DNA of 61,327 bases, counting the filler, from Sphacelaria rigidula (Eukaryota): the NCBI GenBank assembly GCA_964200075.2. It is 10 parts of 10 records of this genome, joined end to end, with 100 filler letters (N's around TTAATTAATTAA, not from the genome) between each part and the next. Parts side by side here need not be neighbours in the genome. Positions count along the whole stretch, not along the records: positions 36,860 to 42,901 come from CAXNAA020022614.1; positions 43,002 to 49,043 come from CAXNAA020022615.1; positions 49,144 to 55,185 come from CAXNAA020022616.1; 7 more parts are not named here. One strand, given 5' to 3'. This document shows positions 38,451 through 49,951 of the stretch, one piece after another. The translations under genes and the position numbers were made by a program. The notes beneath the pieces were generated by a model. It was not told the DNA's origin and searched no databases. It was given only the letters and a program-made list of their open reading frames with translations. The first letter of the stretch is position 1. Each line of letters starts with the position of its first letter.

Positions 38451-39242
38451 GTTCCAAGCCATCGCTCCCCGACCAATTACTTCTTCAAAAAGGGTCCTCC
38501 TTAGGCCAAGGAGGCCTCAACCACGGAATCCAGGTCAACATTTTTCTTTCCTTTTTTCGAGTGTTTCATACACTTCATGCACATCTACTATATATTCTTA
38601 GTTCCAACTGTAGGAGAGTGCACGGTATTGCTTCTCGTCGCCGCGTTGGTTGGTTCCCATTTTTTTTCAGGTTTGAGAAAAAAAATGGGCACCGGTGGAA
38701 ATCAGTCCCGCTTGCTTCCCAACGTGCAGTCTTGGACCGTTGCGGCACACGTCACGATTGCTCTGCATGTTTTTGCGATTTTGCTTTCCTCGGGAATCAT
38801 CATGATTTTGTACAGTGCTTGCGCTCCTGGCTAACACCGTGTAATGGAGGTATGGAATCAACAGAGAGCATGGACCCAACCGCTCAGAACGAAAGTGTCA
38901 TTTGTCCATTTCCCAGTAAACCAACCCACGTCGTCGCTAGTTGCCTCGGTAGCTACAGCTCCAAAGCCGTCGAAATAAAAGAAGCGGAGTAGGATGGGGG
39001 AGGTGGGGTGCTACACATGCTGCTGCACTTTTCCCCACGTCGTTCATGTATCAATTTCCGCAGCCAGGAACATCATCCAGCACACAAAAAAAGTTAAGCC
39101 TGCGAGGCTGCCTGGACTGAGAAACCCGTATCTTTCTGCCCTCAAAGTCGGCGCGCAGGCGGCCGGAGGGGAAGAGTGGAGGGTATGGCTCCTGGAAGAA
39201 TATGCCCATGACATCCACCAGATGAAAATGGAAAAGCGGTGA
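38451..39242 (+). other. Candidate three-exon gene fragment of unknown function (38451-38533, 38816-38849, 39064-39242)
   Basis: AG/GT boundaries are phase-compatible and give ..LLLQKGSSLGQGGLNHGIQ|CLRSWLTPCNG|ARNIIQH..GGEEWRVWLLEEYAHDIHQMKMEKR*. No confident homology. Confidence 0.25.
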
Positions 39243-40831
39243 AAGAGTACCCAACCGTCAACCCACCGGTACAAGCGGGTTCAACCACTTGCGGCGATTC
39301 TCATCATAACAGAGACGGTGAACTGTGTTGTGATAAAATCAGTGTAGTATTCGCAGTAGAGTAAATATCCTACTATGAACTAAACCGCTCAATTCAGCCT
39401 AAAGAGTAAAAAATATCCCCACAAAAAACGACTACAAATACCGTGTGACAATATATATATATATATTGCGTCATAGCTCGAAAGAGAAATAAAGGGCCCA
39501 CCGCCCTGTGCTCCCTTCTTCATTCTGTACTTATGTACGCGGCATATTCCCCCGTGTCCCCCTAATCGCTTAAAAATTCAAAACGTTCTAAGAAGAAAAA
39601 AAATGGCGTCAGGGTAGAACAGCCAGTACCGCTTAAAAGCATCCCATCTTAAACAAACAGGGTTTTGGACTAGACACGAACTCACGCGTGTACGCTGGGC
39701 AGCCCCTTGCACCGGCGCGTAACAGGCTTCCGACGGATACACCGCCGGATACGCAGTTCATCACCCCGGGCTGAGATTCCCTTGTTTCCACCACGATAAT
39801 CCTCGGGAAGGAATGAGGCACCGCGTCTCCCATAGACCTTGTCTATATCCACAGATAATGGCATGTCGTCAAGGAGACACGTTCAGCGGGGATGGCTACT
39901 GCTTCCAAGGGCACCGAGGTCGAACGTTCATGCCCCCGGGATGCTGAGCTCCGTCACTTACGCTACGTGACTCAAGCCAAACCCATGTAAGGCTGAAAGT
40001 AGCGACAGAACGCGAGCTGACTATCAAAAAAGCCTGCAAGACCCGGCACTGCGCGGCCAACCTTTCGTTTTTCTCCCAGATGGATCAACGAGCACTCCAA
40101 CCATTTCATGGATGCAAGGCACCGAGATCTGAACGCGAACCCAGTGGAGTAAAACAAAAAAACCAATGAACTTTCATGCCGCGTACAAATACAAGTATAA
40201 GTACCCAACTATTGCATCTCCCCTTCTAAACAGTAGATAAGTGCCCGGTTCGAATAAAAACGTTCGGAACCATACACAAGTACAAGAAGAAAGAGGAAGT
40301 CGAAACGCAGGATTACACTACCCAAAACGTCATACACGGAAACACAGCTACTGTTCCCCAATCTCGCAGCACATACCCGCGGCGCTTTTGTTACCCCCCA
40401 TGCACGTACCAACAACTAGTGTGCCCAACACATGGCAACACCAGCCTCGCAGCAATGAGGCGCTCCATCTTCGCGACACCTTAATACGGCCGTCGACAGG
40501 GATAACTTCGCACGACTTTGGTCATGCGTCCGTGGCCCTCATCTTCCGCGGGTGACACCAAAGCGAGATACCTCGCCCAACTCTCCGTGTATAAATTGTC
40601 AGCGTCTTTGCGAGGCAAAACTACTGGTACAGATAGGAAGGAGGGAAGGGTGAGATGTGGATAACGAACCGTACCAAATGTACAGTCGCACTTGAAAAAA
40701 GTGCGTCGATGACAGGTACCGCCTGCTCACATCACAAGCACGAAAAATCAGAGGGCGTGACGTCCAGTCTTCTCCCGGCGCGGTGCTGATATCCTACCCT
40801 CCTTCAGACGTTTCTCCGTCTGCCGATTTTG

Positions 40832-41104
40832 CTACTGTGGCTGACGTTTCTGGGATTTCTTGGAGATCTGTGTTCGGCCATCCTGTTGCCCCTCGATTTT
40901 TCCTTCCGATTCTTCGTGCGCGCTACTCGACCCCTGCTCGCTCACACGTCCCTTGTCCAACTGCAACGACGGGACAGAGGGTGGAAAGTTCGCGCACGGG
41001 CAGAAGACCGGCCGAGGAAAATGAAGAGAAGGGAAATGAACCACAGCAAACACGGTGAGAATAATCAGTGTAGTCTACACGTTGCAAAAACGAATAAGTT
41101 GCAC

Positions 41105-41167
<63 letters not shown>

Positions 41168-42786
41168 CCACCATCATCATCATCATTACTACTATTATTA
41201 CCATTATTTTATTTCCATTTTATTGTTATTATATTATTTTCGTTACTATATTATGGTTATTACTATTAACATCACCATCATATGACCATACTTTTTAGTG
41301 TTGTTAATCCCGTCATATCAGCTTGATCTCTCGAACCCGTGGTCACGGAGGGCAAGGAGCATACCATCCATACCCATACATCGAACAGTGGAGCTCGGAA
41401 ATGGTACCAGTTATAGCTGGCCATTATCATTATAATAGTCATAATGGAAATGGTCAGATGAAAAATTTGGATAATGGTTTCAAACCATTATTTTTCGGTA
41501 CCGGCTTACCGCCTTCCTCCTGTGTGACCCCGGCCGATACGTCCGCAATACCGTAAGGTGTACACTGACGTCCAGAATAGACGGGATGAATAGACGTGAT
41601 GAAAACACACACACACACACACACACAGCAGGACTACACCCTTCTCGTCGGCGTGCCACCGGCGAGCGATGCTGTACTGCGTGCTGCAACCAGTGGTGCC
41701 CAGCGCTGCTCAATGTCAAGTTCAATCGATGCACAAATAGCGTACTCCAGAGCCAAAGCTCTCAAGAGTAGGGCAACGCGTGAACTGCGACAAGTTGATA
41801 CGGTTCCAAGAGTAGGGCGGAGCGTGCACTGTGACAAGTTGACACGGTCCTAGTGAGTTCAACGCCCACACTGCCTTGAGCAAAGCTTTCCGAACGCTCG
41901 AGGCACCTACAACACATCACTGCCGTCAGGCGGTCTAGCCGAGCCTGCGAGTAATCGGACGAACCCCGTCGCGGGGGTAGATGTTGGTGAGATTTCCTCC
42001 CTCCTTCAAGCAACCAAAAAAATAAAACATACTGCAGTAAAAAAATAGGGCGGGCCCACAGCGAGTGCGGGAACTCCCAGTACAGCTAATTAAGCCATCA
42101 GACGGCTACCTACCCTTTACAGGACCAACCCGATTGCATCATCGAAAAAGAGCGTGGCAACATCCAAACTTCAGTCGGTCGTGCTCCCACACACTTACAC
42201 ATGACTTCGAACCATGCGCACACACATATACCTTCTCTGCGTACGCACAAACCGCCGTAGCACTCTGACAACACGCAAATGCACACAACAAACATGTCAG
42301 CCATACATGAAGAAGAAAAAAAACAGTACGAGGACTAGGTCGTGTTCCATCCTTTGATACACATGAAAAACGTCATGCCACGCCACAAAATGTCGTTCCT
42401 CTCCGTTGTAAAAAATTTAGAGAAGAAAAATTGTACGAAACTAGAATGAATCGAACGCAAAGAAAAAGAGTCAGCGATAGGAACAAAAAAAAAAAAAAAC
42501 ACTCACCAAAACGACGAGGCACCTCACAAAAACCCCTCCTCCCCCCCCCCCCCCCCCCCAATCCCCCGCNNNNNNNNNNAAAATAGAATGAAGAGAACGC
42601 AAAAAAAAAGAGACACAGATAGAAACAAAAAAAAAAAACACTCACCAAAACGACGAGGCACGTCATGTTGTCGCCTCCGATCCCCGCGGTCCTCCTTGGA
42701 TCTTCCGACAAACACTTATCCATAACCGCCTCGCACACCTTTGACAAACTCATTTTTCCCACACGCTCGGCAACAAAGTCCACACA
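40832..42786 (-). CDS. Protein phosphatase 2C (PPM family), 3' end. Exon 42786-42646 and probable terminal exon 40960-40832
   Basis: The exon bounded by TTTTTGCAG and GTGAGT encodes CVDFVAERVGKMSLSKVCEAVMDKCLSEDPRRTAGIGGDNMTCLVVL (PP2C C-terminal G.DN.T metal-binding motif). The phase-0 terminal exon LDKGRV..KRQPQ* is less certain. Confidence 0.8.
41105..41187. repeat. (CAT)n microsatellite in a PP2C intron
   Basis: Seen directly in the sequence. Confidence 0.95.
41500..41628 (+). mobile_element. 5'-truncated copy of the SINE family seen at 56993-57358
   Basis: TCCTGTGTGACCCCGGCC..ATACCGTAAGGTGTACACTGACGTCCAGAATAGACGGGA followed by (CA)n matches 57260-57358. Confidence 0.7.
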
Positions 42787-43399
42787 CTGCAAAAAAAAGG
42801 GTTGGGGGGGGGGGGGGGGGGGAAAAAAAAAAGACCCTTATAGACACAGAAGGGGGGGGGGGGAGAAGAGGGATTTGGTGGAAGGGCAGCGGACCGGGGG
42901 GNNNNNNNNNNNNNNNNNNNNNNNNNNNNNNNNNNNNNNNNNNNNTTAATTAATTAANNNNNNNNNNNNNNNNNNNNNNNNNNNNNNNNNNNNNNNNNNN
43001 NCGTACTCATTTGTTGCTTGCCTTAGTCATTTGACCATTGACCACGCATCCCTTTCGAGACGGAGCACCGGGGCGCGTATTCATTTGTTGCTTGCCTTAC
43101 TCGTTTGACCATTGACCATGCATCCCTTTCGAGATGGAGCACCGAGAGGGGGGTATATGATTGCACGAAAAGAAGAGGCCCATAGATGTGTCCGACGACC
43201 TGCCACACTCGCGGTGCGCCTTTATTTGGCTGAAAACGGTGCCAAGCAGCACGAATGAGCGTAATTTATCTATAACAAGCTCGTTCAAACAACCGTTGCT
43301 GCTTTCAAATCCGATTTGACATGAAATTTCGTGCAAGAAGTGGCCCAAAATATCCCCCCCCCCCCCTATCGAAGGATGACCTCTGAGGTGCACCAGCAT

Positions 43400-44579
43400 C
43401 ACCGTGCCACTCTTCATAAGAAGGTCTGGAAACAGAAGACGCCAATTATCTCAATTCAACAAGCTCACCACTATCGCTCTTGGACTCCACCTCAGTCTCC
43501 AGAGATGGAGCCTTGATCACCCGGGCTTGACAACCCCGAAACATGTGCGGAAGACCACAGCGAAAACATTCCACCGGCTTCTTGTTCTTCTGGTCCCGGG
43601 AACTGTTTTTACCCGATTTTCTGCCTTGATTTCTGCTCTCATCTATACCCTTGGCAACCAGTGCTTACCCATTCTATTCTTCCGTTCTTCCTTTCACTGA
43701 TAGACCTAAGTACTTGTGTCGTACATGTTTCTCTATGGCCTCTCTGTTACGAGGATAAATGATCCTCATCTTGTTTGTTACATTGTTGCCCTCACGCGTG
43801 ATTCCGTTCAGCGTAAAGAAGCATACTACTCCATCTTCTTTCTCCACTCTTACTGTAGCATGAGTAATACTCCAAGGACCTCCTTGAACTGCGAGAAGAA
43901 TATGTGAGGGTCTTCCCCGTGTTTCATCTCCAGGCTTGAAATGGTTTGCTCGTGTAAGTTTATTTGAGCGTCGCTACGGGGAAGATAGTGGTTATTTAGG
44001 TTACGTCATGCTTTACAGGGGGATCCCGCATTGTGAACCATAGCCTTAACACTATCGCTTGTTATACATTCAAGAAGATACCACCATGCTGCCTGAGCTC
44101 TCTTGACTTCGCCAACTGTATAGCCTTGGAGTGATGCTACGGTAGGGGTACACAAACATTTTCTGAGGTTAGAATTGTTAGGAGCCCTTTATCTCATCCA
44201 AAACACGACTTATGAAAATATGTGAGACTACGCCAGGATTACTTTCCCAATATGCTGGGGATATCCCGAACAAATCTGCAAACGGGGATGCTCTGACCCA
44301 TGATCTTGTGAGTCTAGAATCGTCAGGAGCCCCTGAACCAGGCAACATTTTGCGAAAAAAGTACACTCCTACCGTACCATTGCTCCTTGCTCAAACTTAG
44401 GTGTTAGATCTACTGCGGCGTCTACCATCGAAATGCCATTCGAGGTGGTGAAAAGGTCGAGCAACCCACAGTGTCTCTGCAGGCATGGAAAAACTGTTTT
44501 TCCAAACGGGAAATTCAGTTTCTGAGCGGTCGAACTTGGGACCAGCTGGCGAAGGAATACCTCTAATCGCAAGCGACAT
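43400..44579 (-). mobile_element. Ty1/Copia-type gag fragment, degenerate, interrupted by a MITE
   Basis: Reads PKFDRSETEFPVWKNSF; after the MITE, AQAAWWYLLECI..AGSPCKA*RNLNNHYLP..GEDPHIFF; then a CFRCGLPHMFRGC knuckle-like motif near 43520-43570. Confidence 0.7.
44129..44385. mobile_element. MITE, same family as 11561-11800; TSD CTTG
   Basis: Same TIRs and interior as 11561-11800. CTTG at 44125-44128 and 44386-44389. Confidence 0.9.
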
Positions 44580-45600
44580 TGCTCTGGTATCACCACTCCC
44601 GAGACTAGACCCAAACCCCTCAACAGTTTTCCACTACTCAGCTGTCCCAGCTGCTCGATGGGTTGCAAGACCCAGGTCTTCAAATTCTGCTGATTCCGCC
44701 CGGAGACCCGTCGTTTGCAAAGGCAGGTGTCCTGTTGGGGACGTCTGCAACCCGCCCCCCGCCGTACTCCACAGTTGCTGCTCCCGGCGCGCCAACCCCT
44801 GTGGAGGACTCCTCGTGACCCACATCCTAGTCGCGGTTTCCCCCCTGTACCTGTGTACTGAGCTTTGCGACATTCTTCAAGTAATTCATCGTTTTCATGA
44901 GATTCTCCTTTTCGCTCTGTACACTGGCCAGGTCTTTATCCCGTGTAGTTGGAAAGCTACTGCCATCTACTTGGCTCCCAGGCGTAGACATCACGCCGCA
45001 GGTGATCTATCTGTGCTGTCGGCCGAAACGCTAGTATACTCAGCATTTGAGGTCTACCGCTGGCACCCTTTGTTCATTAACCACAAGAACTGCCGCTTGC
45101 CAATGATGGATGAAGATTGGGAACAAAGAAGTAATCTTGGTGGGGGAGCATACGCACCGTCCACCTTGCCCGTCCACATATCATTATATCATCCTACTAA
45201 ACTTGTATTCCGGAAGACAGTTCTACCGTATATACTTCCTATCGAGTACCACTTTACGGAAGTATCGTCCTAAAGTATATTGCTGGTGCACAAAAAACCA
45301 AACAATGAACACAATTTCCCTTGTTTCGCCGTGAGGTTGTCATCCCTGCAATGAACGCTGCTAATCTGTAGCGTTTGTTGTGCTTATTCTGGCATTTTCT
45401 TTACTCCGAGAAGACGATCGGCCTCGAACGATCACGAGAAAAATCGAACCCCGTTACGACGTTCCAATAACCGACGAGACATTCGGACACCCAGTTGGCC
45501 AAAAAGGACATTCCGCCCGGGAGACTTTGTACATTCAGAAGAACAGTCCGGGTTGGGTCTAGTCTATACGCATCCCGCCTGGAAGACTTTGTGCGCATGG

Positions 45601-46250
45601 TCACTGACTAAGCGGCTCAGTGGCCGAGTGGTATTTGTGACGTCTCAACAAACGTTACTTCCGTTGTCCGTTCAAGCTGCCAAGCCTATAGATCGCTGAC
45701 TGAGTATCCGAGTGACCCGGTGGTCATTTTAAGGTCTAAAGAACAGCTCGTCCCAAGGTCCGATTCTCCCGGAGTGGTGTCACCGTAGGGATGCGCAACC
45801 TTCTCCTGAGGCTCTTCACTTTCGGAACCCATGAATGAAAAACATCTGGGTCAATGTGTGCGCAACCTCAGGCGGTTTTCGGCCCAATTAGTAGACCTGT
45901 ACCGTGGCACCACTTCCTGACAACCGTTCTTGACCGGATTTCTGTGTGATAAAGAGCCAGAACAAGCACAACGCAACAAACTCCATATCGAAAAGAAATC
46001 AAGGGGGTGCCACATTTGACGGAGGGGGAAATAATTTTTCGTTACACTCTGATCCTGAGATATTTGCACTCTGAAATGACAAAAAAAGGTTTCCCGAAAC
46101 TCTCTATTAGAAGCGTTGATTTCAGGGATGACGACCCTGAAGCGAAAAGGGGGTCCGATCTACAGGCTTCACACCTTGGACGGACATCGGGGTACAATTT
46201 TGTGAAGACGTCACAGTCACTACTGAGCCACTGAGCCACCGAGTCAGTGT
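45601..46250. mobile_element. Non-autonomous TIR element (about 95-bp imperfect TIRs) carrying half of the 2047-2248 MITE
   Basis: 45601-45695 (CACTGACT..GGCTCAGTGG..TGTGACGTCT..GTCCGTTCAAG..AAGCCTATAGATCG) pairs with about 46155-46250. Confidence 0.65.
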
Positions 46251-46764
46251 TGACTGAGTGGCTCGGCGGCTCAGTGGTTAGTTATTGTGCAAGTGGGTGT
46301 CTCAGTGGCCAATTGGCTACCGTGAAGCCTCAAAAGGTATCTTTGAAGCGGGGGGAAAAAGTGGCAATCTCACGAGGTCATCCTTGAACCGGGCACAAGT
46401 TTCGCATGATCATCATAGAGCCGGGCGGCACAAGTGAACATCTCACATGGCCAACCTTCAAACAGACTCAGGAACATGGATGCGTGAAAAGGGGACGTGT
46501 AACGCAGGGCGCGTAAGAAGTCTTGCTTTTTACCGGTGGGTGGGAGACGGGGAGTCTTCAAGGTAAGCGGTTCGAAAGAAGCAGTGTCCGGAGGTGCTGG
46601 AGCAGATGGAGTCTTCGTTGGCTCTGGTCACCTTAGTCGTGGTCCAGGGACCGAGGCACTACACAAGTGCCGGCCGTTAAGAAAGCGGGGACAGAACCCG
46701 ACGCGACTGCACAAACCAGGCGGGGAGATGCTGTGATGTGCATGGCGCAGGCTGGACATAGAGA

Positions 46765-47025
46765 TAGAATAAAGAAGCTAACCATCATTTTTCTTCAACC
46801 TACCATACCACAGCCCGGACATGGACATGAAATAGCGAAAGCTAACCATGGTTTTTCTTCAAACCTACCCTAACACAGCCCGGAAATATACATGAAATGA
46901 CGAAGCTAACCACACCTTTTCTTCAACTTACCATGACACGGCCCGGACGTAAACTTGAAATAAAGAAGCCAACCGTATTTTTTTGCGTTCACCGGAACAT
47001 AGCCCGGATATAGACAGAAAATAGC
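46765..47025. repeat. Diverged tandem repeat, about 60-65-bp unit x4
   Basis: Recurring GAAATA..GAAGCTAACCA..TTTTCTTCAAC..ACAGCCCGGA. Confidence 0.8.
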
Positions 47026-47129
47026 GAGAAAAAAACGGTTCCATCTCCCCATATCAAAAGGGAAACAACCGAGATTCATCCCCCCATATCATAACAAAGG
47101 CAGGACACGGAAAAAATGGCTAGTAATTC

Positions 47130-47680
47130 GAAGGGGAAGATAGAAGTACTGGTAGAGCACTGCCGTAAGCTAGAAATACCAAGCACAAAAATAGGTTCGA
47201 CACGGAATTTGATAGATAAATCAACGCGTAAGCAGAGGCAAATGTAGAGGCGTCAAAGCCGGAGGATATAATGGCTCCAAAGAAATTGCATAAAGAATTT
47301 ACCAGAGGCGAAGTAAAGGAGTGCGTAGCTGAACGCAAAAACAGAAAGGAAACAGATTCAGACGAAATACAGTAGTGAGTGGGCTTCTCAAGTACGGGGG
47401 GGAGAGAACGATCACCATGATGGTTATGCTGTGTGATTGGATGCGGGGGAACGAGTACTCACCCAAGAGGCGGAGATAAGGCGTAGCCGTAAACCTTTAA
47501 AAAACAAAATGCAGGGGTGACCCAGGGAATTATTGAGGGATTACGCTACTGAGCACCGTAGAGAAAACGTTCTGTAAGATTCTGAATAATAGAGTGGGAA
47601 CGGTGCCAGAGAAGGGGGGAAAAAACAACGAGGGGCAAGCAGTTTTGAGACCAAACCGCGGTTGCTTATACTGTGTGCGT
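47130..47680 (+). mobile_element. LINE reverse-transcriptase N-terminal fragment, degenerate
   Basis: Reads KEFTRGEVKECVAERKNRK..DEI and DPGNY*GITLLSTVEKTFCKILNNRV..EGQAVLRPNR. Confidence 0.75.
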
Positions 47681-49143
47681 CCATCTCGAAGGAGAACCCG
47701 GTGATGGAGATGGGGAGATTGGCGACCGTTCGGTACCGCGTGGCCGAAATGATCCCGAGGGAGAGGCGAAAGGCGTCGTTCATATGCTCCGACGAAGGTG
47801 AGCATCTTGTGAGACCTCGGAGAAGAGATCCCACCCCTGTTTTTCACCCTCAATCAGGTTATTTTCAGCACCCGAGGATGGGCAAAAGGGCCAAGATTTA
47901 CGACCGCGGCGAACACAACATCATCGTTAGACCTTTCCATGTAACTGCCGTGATTTGGATTCAAGTTGGCTTCATGTGAGCGTTATCCACGATGTTCAAA
48001 TACTTGTGAGGCGGAGAGGACGGAGGGAGGTGGATCCTGTGGTTGTCCTCGGGTTCTTCTCACCGCGAGGAGATCTCGAACATGCATGTGTATCGAAAAT
48101 CTAGAATATGGAATTCCGTCCGATTGTCAGAACACCACTATTTTCCCCTCGTTCCTTTCATGCTGGCGTTTTGCAGCGGATAATCAATGGACGGGCAGAG
48201 AGGCACGTCCGACGGTGTCAATTTTGACCCGGAAGAGCGAGCGCGCAATGGTCGTTCTTTGTTGTGTCGGTGCATGTTTTGTTTGAAATGATGTAAAAAC
48301 TAGGACCAAGGGGTGCAGCGCGCCATTGCCAGATTGGAAGCTTTGCAGGTATCCCTGAAGGTGGTGAAACAGCATGCGTATAGCCTCATACGGACTACAA
48401 CTTGATATGATTCTGGCGAAAGGAAAATACATGCGGGATTTGTGATGACATCGTACAAAGTAGGGTAATCCAAACGTTGCATTTTCCTCCATATGTTCTC
48501 ATTTTGCAGATTTTCCACTCGCTTTTTCAACCTTTACTTCGTTTCGTAAAAGCCATTTTTCCCTATGACGTTTTTCGCCGCACGTGTTCAAGTTTCCGTT
48601 GATGGACGGGATGAAGGCCACCCACCAGCCGATTCCCGTGTTCGCAAGCCGTGTTCGCAAGATCAACATTTTGATCGGTGGAAAATATGGATCCCCGAAA
48701 GTAAGTAAGTGCCCGGGCTTGTCACAGGTGCTGTCAGCCTCAATATTACGTTATACTTGTAGCACATCGCGGAGGCGAAATGTTCTCAAGGTGTTGATGA
48801 GGATGTTGAGCGCTTTGGGTGCTGTTTTGGTGCGTTGAGTTGGGGCATGGAACGTAACAAATGGCCCGAAAACCGCGCATCATAGAGATGCCCCCCTCTC
48901 GGCGAAACCCCGTTGGGGTTGGCATCGGTTGGCGATGACGCTGTAAAACACGCCACTTACTGCGGAAGCTGTGCAACCAAGTTACCGACTGTTTTTGCGC
49001 GCTTGCGTTTTTTTGCGGTAACCATGATGGTAGTCGAGCTAGANNNNNNNNNNNNNNNNNNNNNNNNNNNNNNNNNNNNNNNNNNNNTTAATTAATTAAN
49101 NNNNNNNNNNNNNNNNNNNNNNNNNNNNNNNNNNNNNNNNNNN

Positions 49144-49951
49144 CCGAATGCCAATCGCTTCGGTAGTAGTCCGTCCTGTTGTCTAGCTAGGGCTCCTGCG
49201 AACAGTAGTCGCCGTTGCCGAACGATGGCTGCAGCACTTTGACAGCCGGTCTTCTTGAGGACCTGGGCGTACGATAACTGCCGGTATGTGCCACGCACTC
49301 GGTGGTACCCGATAACCCGCCGCAGGAGCCGGTGGTGTACCGTCCTCAATAACCGGTAGTGTTTGCGGCGTGGGGCCCACGTCATGCATCCGTACAGTAG
49401 GGCCTCCATCGCCTCTGCCTTCAGTAGGCGGATCTTAAGTTCCCACGGTGCTTTCGGTCGGTCAAAGAGTTCTCGGGAAAACCTTCCGATGCATGCCCAC
49501 GCGGCTCTGCTCCGGTTGTTGATCTCTTGTGTGAGCTTGCCATCTTCGGTGACGAGCCCGCCCAAGAATCGGAACTGCGTAGTTTGTGCGTATGTCTGGC
49601 CCGCTGCTTCGATGACCAGTGGGGGTGGGGGTGGTGCTGGTGGCTCCCCTTTCTGTGGTGGTTTCGCGGGTACACGCATCAGAAGCGTCTCTGTCTTCGT
49701 TTAAGAGACCGTCAGTCCGAAGGCCCCAAACACTTGCACTATATCATTCATCGTTCTTACCAGGCCGTTAGGTGACTCGATACGACGGCCGCGTCATCGG
49801 CGTAAAGCATTCCCCATACCGCCCGCCGTGCGCGTTCTAGACTTGTCTCCGTCTCCCTCACCGTCTCCTCGTCGAGGTATACCATGTCCTCGAGGATTAT
49901 GTCGTCCTCGCTGAATCGCACGAGAACTACCTCGAGCGCCGCAGCGAAAAA
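49144..49951 (-). mobile_element. LINE (RTE-like) RT C-terminal fragment, 5'-truncated
   Basis: Reads AVWGMLYADDAAVVS; QFRFLGG..EINNRSRAAW; LKIRLLKAEAMEALLYGCMTW; VRQRRLLFAGALAR..LPKRL. Confidence 0.92.

Noticed and set aside
40829..41285. Poly-His, poly-Ser and poly-Met ORFs
   Set aside because: They are translations of an intronic (CAT)n microsatellite.
42478..42525. Duplicated PP2C exon end and donor as an alternative exon
   Set aside because: It lies next to a poly-C run and a 9-N gap, so it is most likely a local assembly duplication.
44485..45273. 262-aa plus-strand ORF
   Set aside because: Antisense to the Copia gag and leader region, with no domain features.
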